Origin: an uncultured archaeon
GTDB lineage: Archaea; Asgardarchaeota; Lokiarchaeia; Sigyniarchaeales; SOKP01
Direction: 5' to 3'
Assembly: GCA_964583985.1 (NCBI GenBank)
Contig: CAZOYD010000060.1
Span: 1-11,491 of the forward strand
Length of the DNA: 11,491 nucleotides
Shown in pieces: positions 1-8,321 of this stretch. Position numbers and translations under genes: made by a program. Below the pieces are notes generated by a model. It worked only from the letters and a program-made list of their open reading frames with translations, had not been told where the DNA came from and did not search any database. Each line of letters starts with the position of its first letter. The first letter of the stretch is position 1.

Positions 1-73
1 TGTTATATTAAAATATTTTAATCTATCATTAATTTTATGAAACTAAAATTAAATTGTTATAGGTCTTCTATAA

Positions 74-544
74 ATGAGTGAATTAAATTTAGGTGATTTG
101 AAGATAAATCAGCTAGGATATGTCTATAAAGATATTAAAAAACAAGCTAAAATTCTTGAGGAAAAATTAGACATGCCTAAGTTTGCATATCTCGAGAATA
201 AACCCACTAAGTATCTATATCGAGGAAAAGAATCAACTATTCAGACTATTATTGGTTTTAGCAGATCTCTAAACGTTCAAGTAGAATTGATACAACTTAA
301 AAAAGGAGAATGTATATTTAAAGAATTCTTGGATGCAGGAAAAGAAGGACTCCATCATTTTGGCGTGTTTGTAGATGATGTTGATGCTATAATAAAAAAA
401 TACAGAGAAAAAGGATATCAAGTCGTTCACGAAGGTTTAACAGCAGGGGTACAAAAAGTTGCCTACATAGATACTTATGAAGATTTTGGAGTATATATTG
501 AATTCCAGCAAACAAAACAAAGAAAGAAAAGAAATAAGATATAA
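74..544 (+). CDS. VOC (glyoxalase / methylmalonyl-CoA epimerase-like) family protein
   Basis: 156 aa with VOC beta-alpha-beta-beta-beta motifs and likely metal ligands: INQLGYV, VELIQ, EGLHHFGVFVDD, YIDT...YIEFQQ. Substrate cannot be assigned. Confidence 0.85.
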   Translation: MSELNLGDLKINQLGYVYKDIKKQAKILEEKLDMPKFAYLENKPTKYLYRGKESTIQTIIGFSRSLNVQVELIQLKKGECIFKEFLDAGKEGLHHFGVFVDDVDAIIKKYREKGYQVVHEGLTAGVQKVAYIDTYEDFGVYIEFQQTKQRKKRNKI

Positions 545-549
545 TTTCA

Positions 550-2592
550 TTAAATTTTTATATTTTCTTTTAATAAACCCTTCACATCTGAAGTACCACC
601 AACATAAACAGAATAAGAGATCTTTTCAATCTCCCATTTCTCAGTTTGAGGATTATACCATGCAAGATTAGATTTTTTAACCTTGATAGTAACGTTTTTG
701 GTTTCATTAGGTTCCAAACTAATTCTAGTAAATCCTTTTAGGAGTTTTTTAGGGCGATCAACCTTAGAATTTTCAAACCCTATGTAAAGTTGAACAATTT
801 CATCTCCCTTCAGAGATCCCGTGTTTGTTACTTCAACATTTGCGATTATTTCATTTTCAGTAGAATTTAATTGAAAGTTGTCATATGAATATGATGTGTA
901 GCTCATTCCAAAGCCAAATGGAAAAGCAGGTTGGGTATCATTTTTCTCCAATAAGGTGTATCCGTGATAGTAGCCATATTCCATCTCATCCGCATTTTTA
1001 TCAAACGCGGGTAAATCTATTGGATCTTTTGGAATGGTAAAAGGTAATTTACCGCTTGGATTTACGTTTCCAAAAAGTATATCAGCTAGTGCTCTTCCTC
1101 CTTCCATGCCCGAGTACCAAGCCATTATAATCCCTTTAACATTATTTTTCCACTCCTCCATCAATATTGCTGATCCTCCAATAAGCACGACAACAACGTT
1201 TTTATTTATTTCTGAAATTGAGTTTATGAGCCGAATATCTTGAATTCTCAAACCAAGTTCGTCTCTGTCACCACCTATCGTTTTCCCTAGAATTTTTATG
1301 TATTCTCCTTCGTTCATGTAAGTACATCCTACAACTATTACAACAGCATCAACTTCCTTTACAACTTTTTGTGTTGTTTGAATATCCGTACCATCTTGAT
1401 AAATAATTTCAATCTGAGAATCCATTAAATCTTTAATTCCTTGTAATGGGGTAACCACATTATCCTGTCTTACATTACTACTACCATGATCTCCTGTATT
1501 CTTTAAATCAGCTAACTTCCCTATCACTGCTAATTTTTTCAGTTTCTTTATATCGAATGGTAAAATCAAATCATCGTTTTTTAATAAAACCATGCTCTTT
1601 TCTGCTGCATTCCTCGCTATAGAAACATGTTCCTTACAACCAATCAATGACTTAACATATTCTTCGGGATCTATTTTAGTCGTAAATTTCAAAGTAGTTC
1701 GGATTATCCTTCTTGCTGCATCATCAATCAAATCCATAGGAACTTGTTCTGATTCTACTAATTTTATAAGGTTTTTACCATAGTACTTCGCTCTGGGCAT
1801 TTCAACATCTAATCCTCCATTAATGCCCTTTAATGTATCTCGCAAACCTCTAAACCAATCTGAATGTACAAAACCTTTAAAACCCCATTCATCTTTTAAA
1901 ATCTTTCTTAATAAGTAAGCGTTATGTCCACAATATTCTCCTCGCACTTTATTATATGCTGACATTACTGTTGCACATCCTTCTTCAACACAACGTTTAA
2001 AATGAGGAAGATAGACTTCTCGCAATGTTCTTTCATCCATCTTAACATTTATCTTAAAACGGGCATTCTCCTGATCGTTTGCAGCAAAATGCTTAACAGT
2101 GGCCATAACATTATGATGTTGAACCCCTCGAACTAAGGCAGCTCCAAATTCACCCAAGAGGAAAGGATCTTCTCCATAACTTTCTTGAGCACGTCCCCCT
2201 GCCGGATGTCTCAAAATATTTATACATACGCCCCCAAAGAGATTTCCCCCGTGTGCTCGTACTTCTTTTCCAATAACATTTCCTACTCTTTCCTCTAGAT
2301 TGATATCCCACGTAGCTCCTCTTGCCATTGATACTGGAAAACAAGTCGATCCCGGAATGATAACACCTCTGGGACCGTCAGTAAATCGAAATGTAGGTAT
2401 TCCCAAACGATCCACACCCCCTCCAGGAACGGCTCGCTTAAACAAGCCTCTATCAATAAAGATGTATTTAATAAATCCATTACCGGACATTAAATGTATT
2501 TTTTCTTTCAAGTTTAATTCATTTAAGAGTTTTTCGACCAAGAGTTCTATTTCTTCATCATTCATGCCCTTCTTAATTTCAGTTTGCATCAT
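550..2592 (-). CDS. Glycoside hydrolase family 3 (beta-glucosidase, BglX-like) with C-terminal fibronectin-III-like domain; no signal peptide
   Basis: 680 aa. GH3 motifs: TDGPRG, GRAQESYGEDP, VKHFAAN, MSAYN, nucleophile SDW, GLDVEMP, VLLKN, NPSGKLPFT, FPFGFGMSYT, and FnIII EIVQLY...LKGFTRISLEPNETK. Exact start Met is uncertain. Confidence 0.95.
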   Translation of the reverse strand: MMQTEIKKGMNDEEIELLVEKLLNELNLKEKIHLMSGNGFIKYIFIDRGLFKRAVPGGGVDRLGIPTFRFTDGPRGVIIPGSTCFPVSMARGATWDINLEERVGNVIGKEVRAHGGNLFGGVCINILRHPAGGRAQESYGEDPFLLGEFGAALVRGVQHHNVMATVKHFAANDQENARFKINVKMDERTLREVYLPHFKRCVEEGCATVMSAYNKVRGEYCGHNAYLLRKILKDEWGFKGFVHSDWFRGLRDTLKGINGGLDVEMPRAKYYGKNLIKLVESEQVPMDLIDDAARRIIRTTLKFTTKIDPEEYVKSLIGCKEHVSIARNAAEKSMVLLKNDDLILPFDIKKLKKLAVIGKLADLKNTGDHGSSNVRQDNVVTPLQGIKDLMDSQIEIIYQDGTDIQTTQKVVKEVDAVVIVVGCTYMNEGEYIKILGKTIGGDRDELGLRIQDIRLINSISEINKNVVVVLIGGSAILMEEWKNNVKGIIMAWYSGMEGGRALADILFGNVNPSGKLPFTIPKDPIDLPAFDKNADEMEYGYYHGYTLLEKNDTQPAFPFGFGMSYTSYSYDNFQLNSTENEIIANVEVTNTGSLKGDEIVQLYIGFENSKVDRPKKLLKGFTRISLEPNETKNVTIKVKKSNLAWYNPQTEKWEIEKISYSVYVGGTSDVKGLLKENIKI

Positions 2593-2691
2593 TTTAACTT
2601 TAAACTAAATTTTTAATTTTTAATTATGTATAATAAAATTGTATTGTAAAGAAAATTATTCTTGTTTTTTCTTGATTGCTAAATGAGAAAA

Positions 2692-2713
2692 AAGATTTAA
2701 ATCACTAAATCTT
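2692..2713. promoter_or_regulatory. Inverted repeat AAGATTTA-N6-TAAATCTT over a TATA-like element in the divergent GH3 / methyltransferase intergenic region
   Basis: Perfect 8-bp arms at 2692-2699 and 2706-2713, preceded by a purine run (BRE-like GAGAAAAAAG) and overlapping TTTAAAT, about 45-60 nt upstream of the 2755 start. Confidence 0.35.
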
Positions 2714-2754
2714 ACCACAATCAGCTTTAATTGATATTAATTGAAATGATTTGA

Positions 2755-3798
2755 TTGAATTCCTTAGAATTAACCCTTTCTGCGATTGGAGATATTCCTG
2801 AAAAAATACCATTTAATCCTTTCATAATGCACTTAGCAGCATCATTAATGCACGTTGATTATAATGCTAATTATTGCCGAAAACCAGAGATATTGGCAGA
2901 TGCTCAAATAGGATGCTCTAACTATTTTGGAATAGATCATGTTAATGTTTCAACTGATGCTTATAGAGAAGCTAGTGCTTGGGGTGTAGAAATTGATTGG
3001 ACTAGTCATACGCCTGTAGCAAAAAATCATATAAAGATTTCTGAGTTTGAATCATTAGAGATCCCGGATTTAACTTCAAGCGAACGAATAATGAATCGTG
3101 TAAAAGCAGTAAAACTTTTATCTGAAAAAGTTGGCGGGAACCAATGTATCATAGGATGGATTGAGGCTCCGTTTGCAGAAATATGCTGCCTTTTTGATCT
3201 AGTGAACGTATTGAAATTATGTCATTATAATGATTGGGATAAAAGGATTAAATCATTGATAGACCGTATATTACCCGTTCAAAAAGAGTTTGCAAAATTA
3301 CAAATTGAGGCTGGAGCTGATATTATTGGTGCTGGAGACTCTGCGATCTCTCAAATCGGTCCTAAGCGATATGAGAAATGTTGCTTAGATGCCACAAAAG
3401 ATTTATTTCATTACGTGCAAACTGAAGTCCCTGTTCTTTATCACATATGTGGAGACAATTCGGTCATTGATAAAGAAGGGAATGATATGCTGAAATTAGT
3501 TTCAAGCACAAAAGCTGCTATATTGGATTTAGATTATCAAGTTGATTTGAAGATCGCAAAACAAAAGATTGGTGCAAGAAATTGCATCAGAGGAAACACC
3601 AATACTCAAGTATTGGGAAGCTCAAGTTATTCTGTCAAGGATGTCATGGATGAAGTGGAGAAAACTATTAATAATGGGAAACCTGGCGGAAAATACATGT
3701 ATGCTGCTGGTTGTGAATGGCCATGGGCACCAATTGAACTAGCAAGTCGAAATTTAGGTATTGCAAAATGTCTCGTTGAAACAATGGGAAAGTATTAG
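2755..3798 (+). CDS. Uroporphyrinogen decarboxylase-fold protein, MtaA/CmuA-type methylcobamide methyltransferase (MT2-like)
   Basis: 347 aa, TTG start. Motifs EASAWG, GWIEAPFAE, QIEAGADII, Zn-binding YHICG, RGN and the third Zn ligand in AAGCE. Confidence 0.85.
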   Translation: MNSLELTLSAIGDIPEKIPFNPFIMHLAASLMHVDYNANYCRKPEILADAQIGCSNYFGIDHVNVSTDAYREASAWGVEIDWTSHTPVAKNHIKISEFESLEIPDLTSSERIMNRVKAVKLLSEKVGGNQCIIGWIEAPFAEICCLFDLVNVLKLCHYNDWDKRIKSLIDRILPVQKEFAKLQIEAGADIIGAGDSAISQIGPKRYEKCCLDATKDLFHYVQTEVPVLYHICGDNSVIDKEGNDMLKLVSSTKAAILDLDYQVDLKIAKQKIGARNCIRGNTNTQVLGSSSYSVKDVMDEVEKTINNGKPGGKYMYAAGCEWPWAPIELASRNLGIAKCLVETMGKY

Positions 3799-3802
3799 AA
3801 GA

Positions 3803-5320
3803 TTATTCGATTTTATGACCTCCAATATTAATGGAAATGTTAGATCCATCCAATCCTTCCATTTTCCTATAATCTGCTATAGATCGATGAGAAACTAATT
3901 TTATGTATTCATCTAATTCATTTAAAATACCCGTATTATAATTCGGACCCACCTGTGTTTTCAATATCTCATCAACTCTTTCCTTTGCGATCTCCATTAG
4001 ATCTTTAGATCCATTCCGCATCCATCTTCCACGTTTCTCTCTATTGATCAATGGCGGTACGTATATTTCCTTTCTCGTATTTTTTACAGAATGTTTTGTA
4101 CCAAGGTAATTTTTATTCGTTGAAATTACTTTTTCTATTTCATCTCTGGCAATGGTATTAGAGTTAACATCTATGCCATTTAATCCTCTTTTTAATATTG
4201 CAATCAATTCATCATCAATCACTAATAGTTCTAATGCTTCAGATAAGGATGATTCATAGGTTCCCGCACATGTGATGTAATTATGACCTGCATTTATCGC
4301 TGCTGAAAGACCCATAAATCGTTCATAACCGTTTTGAATGTCAAAACATTTGGAATCTGTTAGTGCTCCAGAACCCTTGGATGGAAATCCATAAAATTGA
4401 GCGAGTTGAGCAGCAGCAATAGTTAATAACGACATTTCCATCGAACCATAAGCAATGTTTCCAGTTAAAGGATCCATGATTGTGTTTGTAGATGCATAGA
4501 GAATTGGCGTGCCAGGATTGATAATTTGCGTTAGTACTATAGTAGAAAGTACTTCCATATTTGCTTGAGTCAATACTCCTGCAAGAGTGACTGGAGCAGA
4601 AGATCCAGCACTTGCGGCAGCACTAATTAATATTGGTTGATTGAATTTTGCAAATACAAATAAGCCGTTCAATAGTATTTTTTCAAGTAATAAAGGTGAT
4701 GTAGGATTAAATACCCCAATCAATCTTGGTTTCTTCAATAACTCTTCTTCTCCGCCAACTATTATTGATGCAAGTCTCATCATATCGGTACTTGCCATCC
4801 TACCATAACAACTCATCCCATAAGGCTTTAAACTATGTTTACCCCACTCTCGGATCGTTTGACAATGCAGTTCTGTAAAAGGGACATCACTCGGCCAGAC
4901 ATCCATGTGGGAGCAATCAATATTATCTAAAGCATTAATAATCCTCAAATGATCGATTGCATCCTTAAGTGTCGCTTTTCTGATACCTTTTTTATTTGAT
5001 GGATCAAGAACATTAATAGCTGCGCCAAAAGTACCGAAATGGACGCTTTTAGTGTTAATATGCATTTTATAATTGCCATCTGGTCCCCATAGTGAAAATT
5101 CGGAGGGAACTTTTTTTAATTGATCTTTAATTAACCCTTGGGGTAACTTCACGAAAAATTCCTTATCTTTTTTTAAAACGGTGGCTCCCTTTTCTTTCAT
5201 TATTTTTCGTGCTTCTTCAGAATCAATCCTGATTCCTACTTCTTCTAAAAGGCTTAGTGAAGTTTCATGAATTTCGGTGATTTCATCTTTTGACAATACT
5301 TCCAATTTACTTAGTTTCAT
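3803..5320 (-). CDS. Trimethylamine:corrinoid methyltransferase (MttB) superfamily, non-pyrrolysine member
   Basis: 505 aa. Motifs IHETSLSLLEEVGI, NPTSPL, AGSSAPVTLAGVL, QIINPGTP, TDSKCFDIQNGYE, LLVIDDE. The residue just before TDSK (pyrrolysine position) is Leu (CTA, 4361-4363) and the frame has no internal amber codon. Confidence 0.93.
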   Translation of the reverse strand: MKLSKLEVLSKDEITEIHETSLSLLEEVGIRIDSEEARKIMKEKGATVLKKDKEFFVKLPQGLIKDQLKKVPSEFSLWGPDGNYKMHINTKSVHFGTFGAAINVLDPSNKKGIRKATLKDAIDHLRIINALDNIDCSHMDVWPSDVPFTELHCQTIREWGKHSLKPYGMSCYGRMASTDMMRLASIIVGGEEELLKKPRLIGVFNPTSPLLLEKILLNGLFVFAKFNQPILISAAASAGSSAPVTLAGVLTQANMEVLSTIVLTQIINPGTPILYASTNTIMDPLTGNIAYGSMEMSLLTIAAAQLAQFYGFPSKGSGALTDSKCFDIQNGYERFMGLSAAINAGHNYITCAGTYESSLSEALELLVIDDELIAILKRGLNGIDVNSNTIARDEIEKVISTNKNYLGTKHSVKNTRKEIYVPPLINREKRGRWMRNGSKDLMEIAKERVDEILKTQVGPNYNTGILNELDEYIKLVSHRSIADYRKMEGLDGSNISINIGGHKIE

Positions 5321-5440
5321 GATTAGCTTATCATAAATTATTATAAAGTGAGATATAATTCTTTTAAAAGTTGAATAATTTTATATTCATGTAAAGTTAA
5401 ATCTAATTTATTATCCTAATTAATTAATGTTGATCATAGC

Positions 5441-6403
5441 ATGAATATAAATTTAGATATGCTCAAAAAACTTGAAAAATCTATTAATACATTGAATCCG
5501 GAAGGCGGGTTAATTCCTATTAATATTCTTGGGTATGGTGAAATTAGTCTAGTATTTGAACTTGTAGATGATCCAGAGAAATTAGCTTATAAAAGGATCC
5601 CCATATTTGATACTGAAAAACAAGTCAAAAGACATATCTGGGCTTATAAGGAGTATAACAGGATTCTAAAAGAAGATATCGGTTTAAATCTTCCAGATTA
5701 TGATGTTGCATGGTTTAAAGATGATAAAGATCACATTCAGTTTTATTGTGTTCAAGAAAAAATACCTGCTGAATCTGTAGGAAATCGTGTAATTCACGTG
5801 TTGCCCAAACAAGAAATTTTCAATCTCATCCTATTAGTAATGAGAGAAATGAAGAAAGTATGGGGTTTCGCTAAGAATAACAAAAAAATTGATGTAGGCA
5901 TTGATGGACAGATCTCTAACTTTGGTGTGATTGGATTCAATCCAAATTCACCAAAAATAGATATGGATACAAGATTGTGCTATTTAGATACCAGTACACC
6001 TATGTTTCGTATAAATGGTGTTGAAGCAATGGAAGCAGTATTATTTTTAAAAAGTACTCCATGGTTTTTGAGCCCACTCGTAAAAGCAGCATTTCTTGAT
6101 GAAGTTATTGATCGTTATTATGATTGGCGGTTGGTTACTATTGATCTAATTGCTAATTTTTTTAAAGAGCAAAGACCTGAACTTATTCCTGGTTTAATTA
6201 GACTAATTAATAAATTTTTTAAGGATGAAGCAAGTGAATTCAATATAGATCCAATTACATTTATAGAAGTCGATAAATATTATAAAAATGATAAGATGAT
6301 CTGGGTAATTTTTCAAAACGCCAGGAAAATTGATAGATACATTAAAACTAAATTAAGTCATAAAAAATATAATTTCTACTTACCTGGAAAAATTAAAAGG
6401 TAG
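5441..6403 (+). CDS. Uncharacterised protein with protein-kinase-like motifs (probably DUF6206 family)
   Basis: 320 aa. LGYGEISLVF (Gly-rich loop-like), LAYKR (beta3 Lys), GIDGQISNF (DxxxxN), CYLDTS (DFG-equivalent). The DUF assignment is from recall and was not searched. Confidence 0.65.
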   Translation: MNINLDMLKKLEKSINTLNPEGGLIPINILGYGEISLVFELVDDPEKLAYKRIPIFDTEKQVKRHIWAYKEYNRILKEDIGLNLPDYDVAWFKDDKDHIQFYCVQEKIPAESVGNRVIHVLPKQEIFNLILLVMREMKKVWGFAKNNKKIDVGIDGQISNFGVIGFNPNSPKIDMDTRLCYLDTSTPMFRINGVEAMEAVLFLKSTPWFLSPLVKAAFLDEVIDRYYDWRLVTIDLIANFFKEQRPELIPGLIRLINKFFKDEASEFNIDPITFIEVDKYYKNDKMIWVIFQNARKIDRYIKTKLSHKKYNFYLPGKIKR

Positions 6404-6589
6404 ATAATTAAAAATAGTGAAATTTTATATTTCATATGAAAACGAGACCTAGGGTTTATTAAGTTATTAGAATCATCAAGCATAAATGATTTGGAAAGCG
6501 TGCACATTATCCCTGAACAAAAAAGATTATTACCTACCAAGAAATGGAAAATTTATGAATTTTGGAAAGGAAATGTCATGTGATTAAAA

Positions 6590-7162
6590 ATGATTAGGGC
6601 ATTTATTGCAATTGAATTGAAAAATCCAGAAACTTTGGATAATATCGAAACTTTTTCATTGAGGTTAAAGAAAAATCAACCAAAAATTAAGTTAGTGAAG
6701 CCAGAAAACCTTCACATGACTATCAAATTTCTTGGAAATATCACGGAAGAGTTAGCTTCTCAAACATACTATTTCCTTATGGACGAAATCAATTTAAACA
6801 TGTTCAAAGGACGCACTTTCAACTACTCTCTCAGAGGAGTTGGCCAATTTAATAAATTTACCGTGTTATGGATTAAGATGGAGGGCGATATTCAATTCAT
6901 TCAAGAGATCAAGGAGAAAATGGAAGAAGGGTTATATGCTCGTTTAAAAATTCCAAAAGATAAAAGAACTGAGTTTAAACCCCATTTAACTATTGGGAGA
7001 TTGAGGAAAGAAAAAATCGATTATAAAAACCTAAATTCTCTCAAAAATATCATTAATGAAAATAAAACTAGTAATTTTGGACCCTTTACAGTAGATCGGG
7101 TAGTACTGAAGAAATCTGTATTAACTCCACAAGGACCAATTTATTCGGATTTAGAATATTAA
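6590..7162 (+). CDS. thpR: RNA 2',3'-cyclic phosphodiesterase (2H phosphoesterase, ThpR/LigT family)
   Basis: 190 aa. N-terminal RAFIAIEL, two HxT motifs (NLHMTIKFLG, FKPHLTIGR), C-terminal SVLTPQGPIY. Confidence 0.93.
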   Translation: MIRAFIAIELKNPETLDNIETFSLRLKKNQPKIKLVKPENLHMTIKFLGNITEELASQTYYFLMDEINLNMFKGRTFNYSLRGVGQFNKFTVLWIKMEGDIQFIQEIKEKMEEGLYARLKIPKDKRTEFKPHLTIGRLRKEKIDYKNLNSLKNIINENKTSNFGPFTVDRVVLKKSVLTPQGPIYSDLEY

Positions 7163-7170
7163 ATAATACC

Positions 7171-7863
7171 ATGTCAAAAAAAGCTATAGTTTGGGATTTG
7201 GATGGAACATTAATCCATTTTAAAATTAACTCCATAAAAGCTCGGAGAAAGGCGATTCAAGTATTAGTTAATAATGGAATACCCAAAAAGAAATTATCGA
7301 GTACCTTACCCATATTAGATAATATTAGCATATCGAAAATTCTTTTTGATCAGTTTGGAATTCCTAAAAATGAGATTAAAAAGATTTTAAAACTTGTTAA
7401 TGAAGCTATTATAGAAGTTGAATATGATGCTGCAATACATGCAAAGCTAATTGAGGGAATGGAAGAAGTATTGGATTTTGTTAAAGAAAAGAATCTCAAA
7501 CAAGCAATTTTCACTTACAATACACATGAGAATGCTCTAATTTCACTAAAAACTGCAGGAATCCTTGATTATTTTGATGTGATTGCAGGACGTGATGATA
7601 CAACCAATATTAAGCCCCATCCAGATCATTTGAAAGCTATTTGTAATCGTCTTAATGTAGATTGTAATGAAATTATTGTAATTGGAGATACAAGTAAAGA
7701 CATAGAAGCAGCACTTAATGTAGGAGCTCATTCAATAGCTTTAGAAACCAGAATACCAATTTATTTAAATAGAGATCTTTTTCAAAAAGCTGGAAATATA
7801 ATTAAACCAGAAGAAATTCCGCTCCAATTAATAAATGCTATTGAAAGACTTATCTCAAAATAG
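7171..7863 (+). CDS. HAD-superfamily hydrolase (family IA, phosphoglycolate-phosphatase-like)
   Basis: 230 aa. Motif I WDLDGTL, motif II FTYN, motif III KPHPD, motif IV IGDTSKD. Starts 8 nt after the thpR stop. Confidence 0.92.
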   Translation: MSKKAIVWDLDGTLIHFKINSIKARRKAIQVLVNNGIPKKKLSSTLPILDNISISKILFDQFGIPKNEIKKILKLVNEAIIEVEYDAAIHAKLIEGMEEVLDFVKEKNLKQAIFTYNTHENALISLKTAGILDYFDVIAGRDDTTNIKPHPDHLKAICNRLNVDCNEIIVIGDTSKDIEAALNVGAHSIALETRIPIYLNRDLFQKAGNIIKPEEIPLQLINAIERLISK

Positions 7864-7952
7864 AAGAAATTATAAATAACATTCAGACAATTAATGATAT
7901 AGATTTTACTAAAAATCAGAAAATTATAATAAAATAGGTTTAAAGTCAAAAA

Positions 7953-8204
7953 ATGCACGTAGAGTTCGACCTCGACATTTTAAAGCCGCATAATCCTTCA
8001 AATTGGGATTTAGCTTTAGCACTAAAAGAGATAACCGGCGTTACATACGTTCAAATTAAAACCGATGAGATAGACCAAAAAACTACCTCGATCTTCTTAA
8101 ATATTAAATGTTCTGTCGAAGTCGGTTTAGATGCAATTAAAGACAAACTGGAAGACATGAATTGTGCCTTACACAGTGTAGATAGAGTACAAATTGAAGA
8201 TTAA
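7953..8204 (+). CDS. DUF211 domain-containing protein
   Basis: 83 aa. LDILKPHNPS at the N-terminus, EIDQKT, and LHSVDRV at the C-terminus match the archaeal DUF211 pattern (LDVLKPHEP...IHSIDEV). Confidence 0.8.
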   Translation: MHVEFDLDILKPHNPSNWDLALALKEITGVTYVQIKTDEIDQKTTSIFLNIKCSVEVGLDAIKDKLEDMNCALHSVDRVQIED

Positions 8205-8321
8205 GATAGATAAGGCAGGCGATCGAAACGAAGGAATTTGTCACTTATTCGATTATGAACTAATCTGACTCAATTATCATTTTTTTCTAATATTTTTAAT
8301 TATAAAAAAGGGTATGAAAGA

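Noticed and set aside
515-544. NLS-like basic C-terminus (KQRKKRNKI) on the VOC protein
   Set aside because: Short basic tails arise readily from A-rich sequence in low-GC genomes; there is no evidence of function.
477-671. 64-aa plus-strand ORF
   Set aside because: Overlaps the VOC gene end and lies antisense to GH3; no motif.
1034-2608. Short ORFs 1034-1243, 1592-1783, 2150-2344, 2295-2480 and 2300-2608
   Set aside because: All are antisense or alternate-frame shadows of the well-supported GH3 gene.
4361-4363. Possible pyrrolysine codon in the MttB homologue
   Set aside because: The TAG is on the plus strand only; the coding (minus) strand reads CTA (Leu) and the ORF is uninterrupted.
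6401-6583. Stop-codon readthrough (Pyl/Sec) extending the kinase-like ORF into the in-frame downstream open stretch
   Set aside because: It would need readthrough of both TAG (6401) and TGA (6437) across AT-rich, promoter-like sequence, and no supporting recoding element was seen.
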